The notes under the pieces are model-generated. The model worked only from the letters and a program-made list of their open reading frames with translations. It did not search any database and had not been told where the DNA came from. From positions 303,105-367,104 of IMG/VR virus record IMGVR_UViG_3300023174_002543: a stretch of 64,000 nucleotides of DNA. The stretch is one strand, 5' to 3'. Below are positions 28,239 through 37,878 of this stretch, piece by piece (the stretch's first letter is position 1; the number at the start of each line of letters is the position of its first letter). Made by a program: the position numbers and the translations under genes.

Positions 28239-29274
28239 ACATTGATTTTACTTTTTGTGGTGCTTCACTGTTTACTAAATGCAGTATCTTATCAGTGAAG
28301 ATAATCGGTGTTGAATTTGTTCTCATATTGTTAGTTAGAAACACACTACACTTAGATTTTTTTATTTCGTCTATATCATACGATTGATACCTATCAACAA
28401 TCATTAAATTTATATGACTGTCCTTTAGGATATTGGTTAATTCAACTGTTATAAATTTATTAAAGTAAGCTGAATTGTACACTACAATTAATTCACATTC
28501 AATTTTCTGCAAGTATTCCACTAACTGTAGCATGTTATCCGATTCTAATGTCGGTTGCACTTCTATTGCAAAATTTATTATTTCTTTACTATAGGATAAA
28601 CTATTCACAACACTATCATCTATCACGATACCATATCTTACTAATTTAGTAAGTGAATATAATGTGATATCATCTAACAAATGATTGACTGCATTATACA
28701 AATGCTCATTTACTGCTATAAGATAGTACATTCCATTTATACAAACTAACGTAGGATTCCAATACTTGTATTTTTCGTAATCACACAAATAGTTAATAGT
28801 TTCCTGAATATCTTTGCTATAGTTAACTACACTAAAATTATTTTCGGTATGTTCTATAACATACTTTAATGTTTCCGCACAATACTCAGTATACCACAAT
28901 CTAGATTCTCTGTTCCATGTGATCGGAAACCTAGACTCCTTTAACCTTAGGATATAGTCCTTTTTATAGGGTGTTCTAATATTAATAATATCGTCATTAG
29001 TTGATATGTGCGCCTCTGTAAATTCCGGGCTACTGATAACAAGAGGACGTGTCCATGGAAGGTTGATTAGGTCCGTTGAAATTAATTCTTTTTTTGCAAA
29101 TTGTCTACTGTAACGTAGGATAATCTTGTCTAATAATTCATTCTGGTTAGTAGTTAACGGTTTGTTTATTTCGTAGATATTATTTAAAAACTTTTTATCG
29201 TAGGTTCCTAAACTAATATGATGTACTAGGTAATGTATTAATTGTTCTTTAGTTGTAGGCTTAGGCGCTTGCAT
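28225..29274 (-). CDS. Hypothetical protein
   Basis: 349-aa ORF. Confidence 0.7.
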   Translation of the reverse strand: MQAPKPTTKEQLIHYLVHHISLGTYDKKFLNNIYEINKPLTTNQNELLDKIILRYSRQFAKKELISTDLINLPWTRPLVISSPEFTEAHISTNDDIINIRTPYKKDYILRLKESRFPITWNRESRLWYTEYCAETLKYVIEHTENNFSVVNYSKDIQETINYLCDYEKYKYWNPTLVCINGMYYLIAVNEHLYNAVNHLLDDITLYSLTKLVRYGIVIDDSVVNSLSYSKEIINFAIEVQPTLESDNMLQLVEYLQKIECELIVVYNSAYFNKFITVELTNILKDSHINLMIVDRYQSYDIDEIKKSKCSVFLTNNMRTNSTPIIFTDKILHLVNSEAPQKVKSMYETV

Positions 29275-29319
29275 ACTATTATTATATACTTATCAAGTTC
29301 AAAATACAAGCAGATAGGT

Positions 29320-29344
29320 AAAAAAAGGGGACACGAAGTCCCCT
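29320..29344 (-). terminator. Intrinsic terminator
   Basis: AGGGGAC-TTCGT-GTCCCCT followed by a U-tract. Confidence 0.8.
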
Positions 29345-29364
29345 GAAAGTTCTATTAGAAGCCA

Positions 29365-30384
29365 TTACGTAGGCTTCACACACGTTGCTTTCGCAAACTC
29401 TCTCCAATTAGTTGGACTAATCTTAACCAAATCTGCAATTTTCAAACACATACGCAAACTGATTTCACGCAAGTTTGTTTTGTGTTCCCACATAAAATCA
29501 AAAATAGAATCAGCAACACCTTGCTCAAACTCATAACGTGCAAACAAATCACTATCACGGTGTACTTGTTTAATACGCAACATTTTGTCACGTTCGCTAT
29601 TGACTGTCAGGTCAAGATAGTGACAACGACTTTGCAATGCATCCAAGTGAGCCTTGATTTTATTACTACGCTTGTCGTTGAAATTCAAGTTTGTAATAAA
29701 GATTACAGAGCCGTTGAAATTGAAAGTATTAGGGATACCTTCTTCACGCAAAATACGTGAATCTTTGTTCCAACTAATACGACGGGTCTTACCTGAATCA
29801 AGCGCACCCTTGAGTACGTTCAATGCATCAGGGTCTTCCCACACATCACAATCGTCAAACACTAAAACATTTTTAGCATCAGAGTATTTGTACAATGTTG
29901 CAAACAAGCCAATACCTGACATAGCACCTTTTACGATATTGAATCGTGTTTTCTTGCCTGCAATTTTGTCAAACAAACTTGCCTTTTCCATTTGTTGTTC
30001 GACACCATAACTCTTACCTACACCCGGAGGGCCTGAAACAATCATAGCACGAATATCAGTATTGATACATGCCTTAGACATTTCATCTAAAATTGCAAAA
30101 CGTGATGCGATACGGTCCATTGCTTGTTCATCAGTTTCTACAGGTGTAGTAACTGGTGCTTGTGCTACTGTAGGTGTAGCATCACCTTCTACAAATTCGA
30201 TTTTATTCATATCTTCTACTAGCACACGCACCTCTCCAATGTTAATGTTAAACTGACCCTCATTCTTTACTGTCACAAACCCACCCTTAGCACCAACTTG
30301 GTAACCCTTGACAAGTGTAAACACTTGATTGTTTACTGCTTGTTTACGATACGAACCTGACACAATGCGAACTTTGCTAGACAT
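29365..30384 (-). CDS. AAA+ ATPase (early)
   Basis: GPPGVGKS Walker A, VFDDCD Walker B, ITN, ALQSR. Confidence 0.8.
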   Translation of the reverse strand: MSSKVRIVSGSYRKQAVNNQVFTLVKGYQVGAKGGFVTVKNEGQFNINIGEVRVLVEDMNKIEFVEGDATPTVAQAPVTTPVETDEQAMDRIASRFAILDEMSKACINTDIRAMIVSGPPGVGKSYGVEQQMEKASLFDKIAGKKTRFNIVKGAMSGIGLFATLYKYSDAKNVLVFDDCDVWEDPDALNVLKGALDSGKTRRISWNKDSRILREEGIPNTFNFNGSVIFITNLNFNDKRSNKIKAHLDALQSRCHYLDLTVNSERDKMLRIKQVHRDSDLFARYEFEQGVADSIFDFMWEHKTNLREISLRMCLKIADLVKISPTNWREFAKATCVKPT

Positions 30385-30414
30385 TTAGACTCCTGTTAAT
30401 TAATCAATACAAGT

Positions 30415-30443
30415 ATTATACAACAATTTGGATTTATTGTCAA
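30415..30443 (-). promoter_or_regulatory. sigma70-type early promoter
   Basis: TTGACAATAAAT...TATAAT, 17-bp spacer. Confidence 0.8.
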
Positions 30444-30643
30444 ATATCGAATGCGTATTCACCCTGAATAGGACCACTGATACCAACCGTACCAAGACCA
30501 AATTCTTTGCTTAGTGTGTGATACACTTTGCGGGCTTCATTTTCATCACAGGCAACAAACAAGCAACCTGATGTAAAACTAGCAATGTTGTTTTTCTGCA
30601 ACACTTTAGCAACTAGTTTTAAAATCTCTTTTTCAGTAAGCAT
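30440..30643 (-). CDS. Small early hypothetical protein
   Basis: Start revised to MLTEKEIL, downstream of the promoter. Confidence 0.6.
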   Translation of the reverse strand: MLTEKEILKLVAKVLQKNNIASFTSGCLFVACDENEARKVYHTLSKEFGLGTVGISGPIQGEYAFDI

Positions 30644-30672
30644 TTGAACCCCTTTAATCAATCTATAAACAT

Positions 30673-30701
30673 AGTATAGCACAATGTCCATTTATTGTCA
30701 A
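30673..30701 (-). promoter_or_regulatory. sigma70-type early promoter
   Basis: TTGACAATAAAT...TATACT, 17-bp spacer. Confidence 0.8.
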
Positions 30702-31567
30702 ATTTTGGCTAGTTTAAAATTCTTAATATTTAAGTATTCAAAATCATCCATGTGTTTGATAAAGGGGAATCCTGAAATTTGTAATACTTTTTTACTATTA
30801 AAAATATCATCCCATACATGCAATAGTGGATTCTTTGGTTCAAGTTGAATTAAAACAGGAGTACTACTTTTTCCCTCAAACCAATACTCCATAACTTTTA
30901 GTCTTTTATTATGTTTTTTTACGATAGTGATTGGTGACAACTCAAATACCGTTTGCTTTCCGTGAAGTTTTTCTAACTTAGCACCTTTAGGTCTATCCTC
31001 TAGTGATAATTTAATTTCTTCAATTTTCATATCATATTCATAAAACTCAGGTAGTCTATAAATGAGAGGTAATAATTCATCGGTAGCTTTATTAGTGTCA
31101 CCATGAATGTATGTGTTTAGGTCTTTTCTAAATGATGTTAACTTGTGACCCTTCAATGTTAGCACCATTATTTTTTTACTATAATAATCACGAATTACTC
31201 TTGCCAATTCTCTGTCATCATTATTAACACTATCAAACAATTTCTTATCTGTTAATTTAGAATATATAAACTCGGCAGGTGTAGTATCTCGTTGTCTTTT
31301 CCAAGCACAACTAACTGCCAATATGTCATCTTCAAATTCATATATTTCATATTTCTTATAGTGATTGTTATACAATAAATCATCTAATGATTGTGCATGG
31401 ATGCCACCGTATCCTGCACCACCGAGAGTGACATTATTCATTGTAACACTGGATTGAGACCAAGTACTTGGATTGGTATTACTAATTGATAGTGATGGAA
31501 TAGGTTGTATGTTCATTTGTTTACCTGTTATTTGAACCATGCCTCGACCTTTATACTTATAGGTCAT
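30698..31567 (-). CDS. Hypothetical protein
   Basis: Likely start MTYKYK at an ATGA overlap with the uvsY stop. Confidence 0.65.
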   Translation of the reverse strand: MTYKYKGRGMVQITGKQMNIQPIPSLSISNTNPSTWSQSSVTMNNVTLGGAGYGGIHAQSLDDLLYNNHYKKYEIYEFEDDILAVSCAWKRQRDTTPAEFIYSKLTDKKLFDSVNNDDRELARVIRDYYSKKIMVLTLKGHKLTSFRKDLNTYIHGDTNKATDELLPLIYRLPEFYEYDMKIEEIKLSLEDRPKGAKLEKLHGKQTVFELSPITIVKKHNKRLKVMEYWFEGKSSTPVLIQLEPKNPLLHVWDDIFNSKKVLQISGFPFIKHMDDFEYLNIKNFKLAKI

Positions 31568-32022
31568 AATGTTACATCTTCCATACCAGCAGTTCTTAAT
31601 CTGACGATATGGCCCATTTGCCATTGCTTGGCTTCAAGACCTTTCATAATGCCTAACCAACGATTACGTAGTAATGCAACTTCATTTATGATAGTCTCAA
31701 AGTCAACAACTTCTTGCTCACCGTCTACATACTTTTCAGCATCACGGCTAGTCAATACTCTATTATACGCTTCTAAATACTTTTGAAAATGCTTTCGGCG
31801 AATTTTCCGTAATTGAATATTAAGGTAATTTAATACCGCTTCAATTTCTTGTAGTTGGTTAAAACGATGTTCGGTGACACCCGGAATCCCTGCAATAAGT
31901 TTTTCAACATTGCCTGAAATCTTTACATCACTTTTGGCAGAAATTAATTCTGCCTCATAGTATGACATAAAATCGGGTATTACACTTAAGTCGTTACTTA
32001 CACGTGTATACCAATTAGTCAT
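31564..32022 (-). CDS. uvsY: Recombination mediator UvsY-like
   Basis: Helical ~150 aa, AEKYVDGE, GLEAKQWQMGHIVRLRTAG; near uvsX. Confidence 0.75.
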   Translation of the reverse strand: MTNWYTRVSNDLSVIPDFMSYYEAELISAKSDVKISGNVEKLIAGIPGVTEHRFNQLQEIEAVLNYLNIQLRKIRRKHFQKYLEAYNRVLTSRDAEKYVDGEQEVVDFETIINEVALLRNRWLGIMKGLEAKQWQMGHIVRLRTAGMEDVTL

Positions 32023-32025
32023 TGA

Positions 32026-32280
32026 TTACCAATCCGAATCTTCGTCCGAATATTCGTCTTCTTCGTCTTCTTCGTAGTCTTCTTCTTGGAAATGTTGTTC
32101 GGCGTAGCCTTTCAAAGCCTTAGTGATATCTTTGTCTTTGAAGGCATCTTTGATATCATCAACTTCATAGTTACTATCCATTAGATAGTTGACCAATGTA
32201 TCTGCGGCCTCACTACGTTCATTCATATCGATATAGTCACGCAATGCATCCCAAACTTCTGTAATTACTAATAAACTCAT
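32026..32280 (-). CDS. Acidic hypothetical protein
   Basis: 84 aa with D/E-rich tail. Confidence 0.65.
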   Translation of the reverse strand: MSLLVITEVWDALRDYIDMNERSEAADTLVNYLMDSNYEVDDIKDAFKDKDITKALKGYAEQHFQEEDYEEDEEDEYSDEDSDW

Positions 32281-33341
32281 TCTGCAGGTTCTCCTTCTGA
32301 AGATGTACTTATCGTTGATTTTGATTTTGAAGTATACTCACTCATTACCTTGTCTAAACAACCGTCTTCATTAGACTCCCATGCTTTGCGAAATAATTTA
32401 ATAATCTCACCGTCATCGGTTGTATAACTTAAACGATTACCCTCTTTGGTTAGTATGCCTGCTTTTTCATACATATCAAGCAAACCACTGTATGGATTCA
32501 TACCTGTTGCATATGGAATCTTAATCTGTAGTGTTTCAAAAGGTTTAGCATAACGTGTTTTCATAATCTTACATGCGGCACGAATACCATTTACTTCTGA
32601 AACTTTATTACCATCCTCATCCTCTTTGAGTTTGAGTTTCTTCATAGCAACTACGATAGAACTTGCATAAACGAAACCTTGACCACCACTGATTTTATCA
32701 TCTGGATCAAACATATCTTGGCTTGCATACGTATGATTAGTAGCAACTAAACCTACATTCAAGCTGCCAAACATATTTACACAATTACGAACAAGTGCAG
32801 TAAGTGCTTTAGGCTTACGACCCATATCACCTTTCAAATCACCTGCATCAAACTGATTAACGTCTGTTGGGGTTAACAACATACCTAAACTATCTAATAC
32901 AAATAATACTTTAGGTCTTTCACCTTCTGCTAATGTTTTATAATCAGCGACAAATTTACTGATTGTCTTAGCTACATCATCAATCATAGCCATATTGAGT
33001 TTCAATAGTTTACTTTCGTCAGTATCTACACCCAATGCTTTTAGCCAGTCTTCATCCAAGGCATTTTCTGTATCAACCAAGATAACAAAGATTCCTTGTT
33101 GCTGTGCATGTCGGACAAGATTGCCTGAACATATATAACTTTTGCCTGAACCACTTTCACCAGCAAATACAGTGACCTTGCCCAAAGGAACGCCTTTGTT
33201 AAAATCACCACTGATAAGATAATTGAGTGCATAATTTCCTGTACTAACCCAGTCCGTAGGATCGTTATATCCGATACTGAGTCCCTCTATTGATTTTGTT
33301 ATTTCTTTTCTAAACTTACTAACGTCAAATGGTTTAACCAA
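32277..33341 (-). CDS. uvsX: RecA-like recombinase UvsX
   Basis: AGESGSGKS, VDTENA, LDSLG, ISGG. Confidence 0.9.
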   Translation of the reverse strand: MVKPFDVSKFRKEITKSIEGLSIGYNDPTDWVSTGNYALNYLISGDFNKGVPLGKVTVFAGESGSGKSYICSGNLVRHAQQQGIFVILVDTENALDEDWLKALGVDTDESKLLKLNMAMIDDVAKTISKFVADYKTLAEGERPKVLFVLDSLGMLLTPTDVNQFDAGDLKGDMGRKPKALTALVRNCVNMFGSLNVGLVATNHTYASQDMFDPDDKISGGQGFVYASSIVVAMKKLKLKEDEDGNKVSEVNGIRAACKIMKTRYAKPFETLQIKIPYATGMNPYSGLLDMYEKAGILTKEGNRLSYTTDDGEIIKLFRKAWESNEDGCLDKVMSEYTSKSKSTISTSSEGEPAE

Positions 33342-33579
33342 TTTTATCCCCTAAATGTTTTCCTGTATGATACGTACTAAATGATTGTTTGTCAAGTAAG
33401 TCGGGGCATTTGTCTGCCAATGAATCCAATTCATAATCATTTGGATAGTGGCGTAATGCACCTCTTGCTCGGTCTCGAACTATACTCGGTACCCTTGGTG
33501 TCTTACCAGGGTCACATAGTTCCTCTAATAGTTTTTTACCTTGCTTGATGGCGCGGTATCTTTCGTCTGGTAGTGTCAT
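33334..33579 (-). CDS. Small protein resembling the BPSL0761 family
   Basis: MTLPDERYRA...RDRARGALRHYP; AAGGAG RBS supports start at 33579. Confidence 0.6.
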   Translation of the reverse strand: MTLPDERYRAIKQGKKLLEELCDPGKTPRVPSIVRDRARGALRHYPNDYELDSLADKCPDLLDKQSFSTYHTGKHLGDKIG

Positions 33580-33626
33580 ATTATACTCCTTAAAGAAGGG
33601 AACTGTTGTTCCCTTCAACCTAGATA

Positions 33627-34619
33627 TTAGGCACTTGCGTTTTGCTTACGAGCACGAATCATTGCTAGAATGTCTTGTGTCTTGTCGCTAGACGCGGCTT
33701 GTGGTACTACTACTGGAGTTGATACTGCTTCTGGTTCATCTTCAGGAATAGACTCTGCTATGGGTGCTTTTGCGGGTGCGCTAGTTTCAGTAGTCGCTGT
33801 TGGTTGTGCCGCGGTTGCTCCTGCAGGTGCCTCTAATCCATAAGGACGATAGTATGCGCCCCAACGTTCATTGTCGTATGGGCGACCATCTACACTTGCT
33901 TCAAACATTTCTTTGATAATACGTAGTTCTGCCTCAGTTGGTTTCTTTGGCAAGAATTCAGTTAGGTTGAATAAACCATGACTATCAATAGCTGCTTGTT
34001 CTAATTCGGTCAATGCAGTTTCTTTACGTGCCCAGTTACTGGTCGAGTAATCTGCATAGCCACCTTTACTTGTTTTCTTAACGTTGAAGTCAAGACCACG
34101 TGTATAGTGTGTTGGAATTTCTTCCATCTCTGGATCCATGATACTTGCTTTGATAATAGCAAAGATTTGTGGACTGATTACAAATCTACGAATTGGATTC
34201 GAAGGAACTTTATCATCACCAATTGGGTTTTGACGAACAAAACCTTGGAATAGATAACTGCGTTTCTTCCAATACTTATTAGCCATTTCTTTTAATGACT
34301 CATCTTTGTACCAAGGACGAACCTCAGCAAGTACTGGACAATTCTCACCATACATTTCCATACATGGAACTTGTACTTGAACTTGTTTTACGTTTGGATC
34401 ACCCTTGACTCCATTGAATGGCAGTTTGATGATTTGACGTTCTACCCAAAAGAAAGTATTTGTACTGTTCGCATCTGGTAGGAAACGAATAGTAGCAGTC
34501 GTGCCTTCGTCCATATTCCAGTGTGGGTAAATTGAGTTGTCAGATTGCTGGCTGCTTGAACCAGTTGACTTGTTTTCTTGCGCTTGAATTCTAGCGCGGA
34601 TTTCTGCTAATGATGCCAT
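33627..34619 (-). CDS. Single-stranded DNA-binding protein (T4 gp32-like)
   Basis: ATIRFLPD, PC...CPV, KYWKKRSY, GYADYSTS. Confidence 0.85.
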   Translation of the reverse strand: MASLAEIRARIQAQENKSTGSSSQQSDNSIYPHWNMDEGTTATIRFLPDANSTNTFFWVERQIIKLPFNGVKGDPNVKQVQVQVPCMEMYGENCPVLAEVRPWYKDESLKEMANKYWKKRSYLFQGFVRQNPIGDDKVPSNPIRRFVISPQIFAIIKASIMDPEMEEIPTHYTRGLDFNVKKTSKGGYADYSTSNWARKETALTELEQAAIDSHGLFNLTEFLPKKPTEAELRIIKEMFEASVDGRPYDNERWGAYYRPYGLEAPAGATAAQPTATTETSAPAKAPIAESIPEDEPEAVSTPVVVPQAASSDKTQDILAMIRARKQNASA

Positions 34620-34773
34620 AATGTTTATATCCTTTTTTCATTAAGTTGGTCTTTGTTTTAATTGTCGCCACACATAATTATGTGACTAACATGTGATAGA
34701 GTATAACATACTTTTCTCTCATGTCAATAGTATTTATCACCGTATAGGGCAAATATATGATGATTTATTGCGT

Positions 34774-36258
34774 TTAGTAACGTATTTGGGAAATATTGTT
34801 TAATGCAGTTTCATATGCATAGATTAGGGATTCATTGAATAATGTCCCTTGTTCTGTGTTTCGATTTCTATATGCATTGAGTAAACGTCTATGGGTAATA
34901 TCAAATTTTTCTCTCACTACCTTGTTTGAAATAACTGCATGGTATTGGTACATTAAATGCATGTCATCCTCAACCATTTGATATAAACCCTCTTCATCAA
35001 TTATAGTACCCATATCATTTGGATATAATTTCTGATATAGATAAACAAATTTTGGTAAGTATGTTTCCAACCATTCCTTTTCTTCTAACGAATAATTATT
35101 TTTTGAGACCCTAGTATCTTCACGCAGGTTTAATGCAGGAATGTTTTCATCTGGGATAGTTTCATCAGGTATATCTAAAGGTAAGTCTGGATTAAATGAG
35201 TTCGGCTCTTGGTTTAATTCTTGATCCAGTTCACTATCAAACTGGGGCGGTTGTTGTCTGGAAGTAGATTGTGCTTTGGATATAACATCAGCAGTTGCAT
35301 CTTGTTTACCTATACTACGCACCAATTCTAATGTATGATTGATTTCATTTTTAGCATCTTCAATTGCGTTAATACTATTGTCCAAGTATGTTTCGTAGTT
35401 ATCAAATTTTTCTAATTTACTTTTGAAACGTTTTAACATTTCGGTTGATTCTTGGTCTACCGTATTAATTTTTTCTTCCATGCCAGCCGCTTGCTGTCCA
35501 AAATCGGTGAATAGTTTTTCAGTAACGTTTTTTGTGTTCTCAATTTCTCTATTCAATTCAGCAAATTTATTGCCCCATGACTGTTGTACATCTTTATTCT
35601 TTGCGATACTTTTTTGGAATCTAAGTTCTTTGGCATCTAATTCACTTTGTGTAGCAGATAATTGATACATAGCCTTATTAAACATTTGGTCACTAACACC
35701 TTGTTTATTTGCTAATAAATTCAATGTACCTTGCATCTTATCAATGCCACTGTCATCTGCTACAAGTTTCATTTGTTGCACTTTGGTTTCTAATTCTTTG
35801 AATTTTTTATCATCAATACTAGGATTATTACGAACTTTTTCTAAATCGGCAAGCATTTGTTCAACTTTATCTGCACTTGCTTTTGCAGCACCTTGTTGTA
35901 TTTCGCCTGCTGGTTTTAGTTTAGCACTTAGGTCTTTTAGTCGTTGCACTTCAATATCAGTTTGTTGTGCTTGAAGTTCATGGTCACGTAGTTCATTACC
36001 TAAATCTTGTAGTGACCTACGTAATTTTTCATTTTCACGTTTTTGTGCGTTGATGACTTTATTTTGGTCGTAATCTAATTTTTCTTGCTTAGATAATTTA
36101 TCTGCAACAAACATAGTCATAGCTTGTTCGGGACTACGATCTGGGAATTTTAATTGTGCTTGTCGTTGGATATCAGTATCTAATGTTAATGGGCGGTCTT
36201 TACCCGCTTCATTAAGCATACTATTAGCCCATGATTCGAACTCACGTATCTCACGCAT
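34774..36258 (-). CDS. Long coiled-coil protein, probably virion-associated
   Basis: Heptad-rich 494 aa. Confidence 0.6.
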   Translation of the reverse strand: MREIREFESWANSMLNEAGKDRPLTLDTDIQRQAQLKFPDRSPEQAMTMFVADKLSKQEKLDYDQNKVINAQKRENEKLRRSLQDLGNELRDHELQAQQTDIEVQRLKDLSAKLKPAGEIQQGAAKASADKVEQMLADLEKVRNNPSIDDKKFKELETKVQQMKLVADDSGIDKMQGTLNLLANKQGVSDQMFNKAMYQLSATQSELDAKELRFQKSIAKNKDVQQSWGNKFAELNREIENTKNVTEKLFTDFGQQAAGMEEKINTVDQESTEMLKRFKSKLEKFDNYETYLDNSINAIEDAKNEINHTLELVRSIGKQDATADVISKAQSTSRQQPPQFDSELDQELNQEPNSFNPDLPLDIPDETIPDENIPALNLREDTRVSKNNYSLEEKEWLETYLPKFVYLYQKLYPNDMGTIIDEEGLYQMVEDDMHLMYQYHAVISNKVVREKFDITHRRLLNAYRNRNTEQGTLFNESLIYAYETALNNISQIRY

Positions 36259-37856
36259 TATTTTAAGCCTGATAATTTTTTGATCCTAGATAATACTGGA
36301 TCAATACTTTCACTTGTACCTACTAATTTACCACGTAGGCCTTTTTGACTACGTTCTGGATTACCTAATATTGTACCACCTGCATTAACTTTAGCAGTCG
36401 CACCTAGTTGACCAACTGCGGCTTGTTGTGGTCCGATATCTTCATTTTGTGGTTGTTGCTGTGGTTGTGTAGCAGGCATGCTACGTTGTGTGGTAGAATC
36501 CCATTGACGATTTGTATTTTTTAAATACTGGTCTCTATCTAATGGATTCATATTTTTAAGACTTGTTCCTTTGCCTTGTTGCTGTTGTTGTCTCATTTTG
36601 GCAAAAACGTCTGCTTCGTGTTTTGCATCAGCAGCCGGATCGTTTGCAAAAGGATCATAAGAACCAGGTTCGCCTTCTACCACACCCTTTTGTTTATCCC
36701 ACTCTTTATCAGTTTTAACGTTGTGTTCTTTGCCACCTTTACCGATATCAGCAACTCTAGTACCAATTGGTTTGTTAGTTTTAACTACTGCTGGATGTGA
36801 CTTTACACCTGGCGCTTTACCATTTGGGAATGCTCTTTCAACATCATGTGAATATACACCCTCTGTAACATCATCAGCCCATGCTTCTAATGCAACTACT
36901 TGTTTAATCTCTTGGTTCTCACTAATAGTTTTGTTCAATCTGTTAAGAATTGGTATAACACTTTCAATGCGTGGATCTAGGCTACTGTTCATAAACATTT
37001 CGCTTAAGTCTTCATCACCTTCGCTCTCCATTAATGGGGGTGCCCAACTCTCAAAGTAATTATTATAACCACGCTTACCAGCTAACTTATGTAATGACTC
37101 ACGCAAACTGATATAGTGTTCGGTACCTGCAGTCACTAAACGTTGTGTATCTTCATTGAATTGTCCATTGCGAGTAGCACGAATGAATCCTGCCATCTTT
37201 GAATATTCTTCACATAGTCCTGTAATATGATTCCACTTGTCATCATTAACTTTGCCACCTTCAGCAATATGTCTTGCATATACTCTTGCCAATCCTGGTT
37301 TAGTAGTAGGTGCTAAAAATCTCTCACCTAGTTGATTTTCAATAAAGATTTGATGAATGTTACGATAACGTTGTTCACCTTCTTCGATTGTACGATTATG
37401 TTTAATGATAATCTTACACTCAGGGATGTTATCACTATAACTGGCTTTCTTACCCATTGGGTGATAGCCTTCTTCTAATTTTTTACTATGTTCTCTTTTA
37501 GCCATATCGTATTCCAAGTTATCCATATCATCTAATTCAAAACTCTTTGTTTTACCAAAGGTCATTTGTCTCAGAGTGGGTATTAAATCATTCCACGTTG
37601 TCTCACCGTGTTCGCTGGTATTAGGGCTGTTCTCTATCTTATCGCTATAGAATACTTTAAGTTGGCCCTCATTATCTAAACTCAATGCGGCTGTACCGTA
37701 GTTTACGTCATCTACTTTAAACTGGAATTCAATAACTTCAGCTTCGTTAGGAACGCTTACTTCTTTACCATTTGTAGATTTAAGTACAGGTTCATAACCA
37801 TTACTCTTAAAGTAATTGTATATGTCGTTTTTAGTTTTGTCTTGGTTTTTTGCCAT
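36258..37856 (-). CDS. Hypothetical protein, probably head-associated
   Basis: 532 aa, late promoter, RIKKLSGL C-terminus, many xxE sites. Confidence 0.6.
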   Translation of the reverse strand: MAKNQDKTKNDIYNYFKSNGYEPVLKSTNGKEVSVPNEAEVIEFQFKVDDVNYGTAALSLDNEGQLKVFYSDKIENSPNTSEHGETTWNDLIPTLRQMTFGKTKSFELDDMDNLEYDMAKREHSKKLEEGYHPMGKKASYSDNIPECKIIIKHNRTIEEGEQRYRNIHQIFIENQLGERFLAPTTKPGLARVYARHIAEGGKVNDDKWNHITGLCEEYSKMAGFIRATRNGQFNEDTQRLVTAGTEHYISLRESLHKLAGKRGYNNYFESWAPPLMESEGDEDLSEMFMNSSLDPRIESVIPILNRLNKTISENQEIKQVVALEAWADDVTEGVYSHDVERAFPNGKAPGVKSHPAVVKTNKPIGTRVADIGKGGKEHNVKTDKEWDKQKGVVEGEPGSYDPFANDPAADAKHEADVFAKMRQQQQQGKGTSLKNMNPLDRDQYLKNTNRQWDSTTQRSMPATQPQQQPQNEDIGPQQAAVGQLGATAKVNAGGTILGNPERSQKGLRGKLVGTSESIDPVLSRIKKLSGLK

Positions 37857-37878
37857 AATTTAAGTCTCAATAAGATAT

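Noticed and set aside
31520-31567. YKGRGMVQITGK resembling the GH19 endolysin motif
   Set aside because: Isolated 12-aa match at the N-terminus with none of the rest of the GH19 domain; likely coincidence or a relic.
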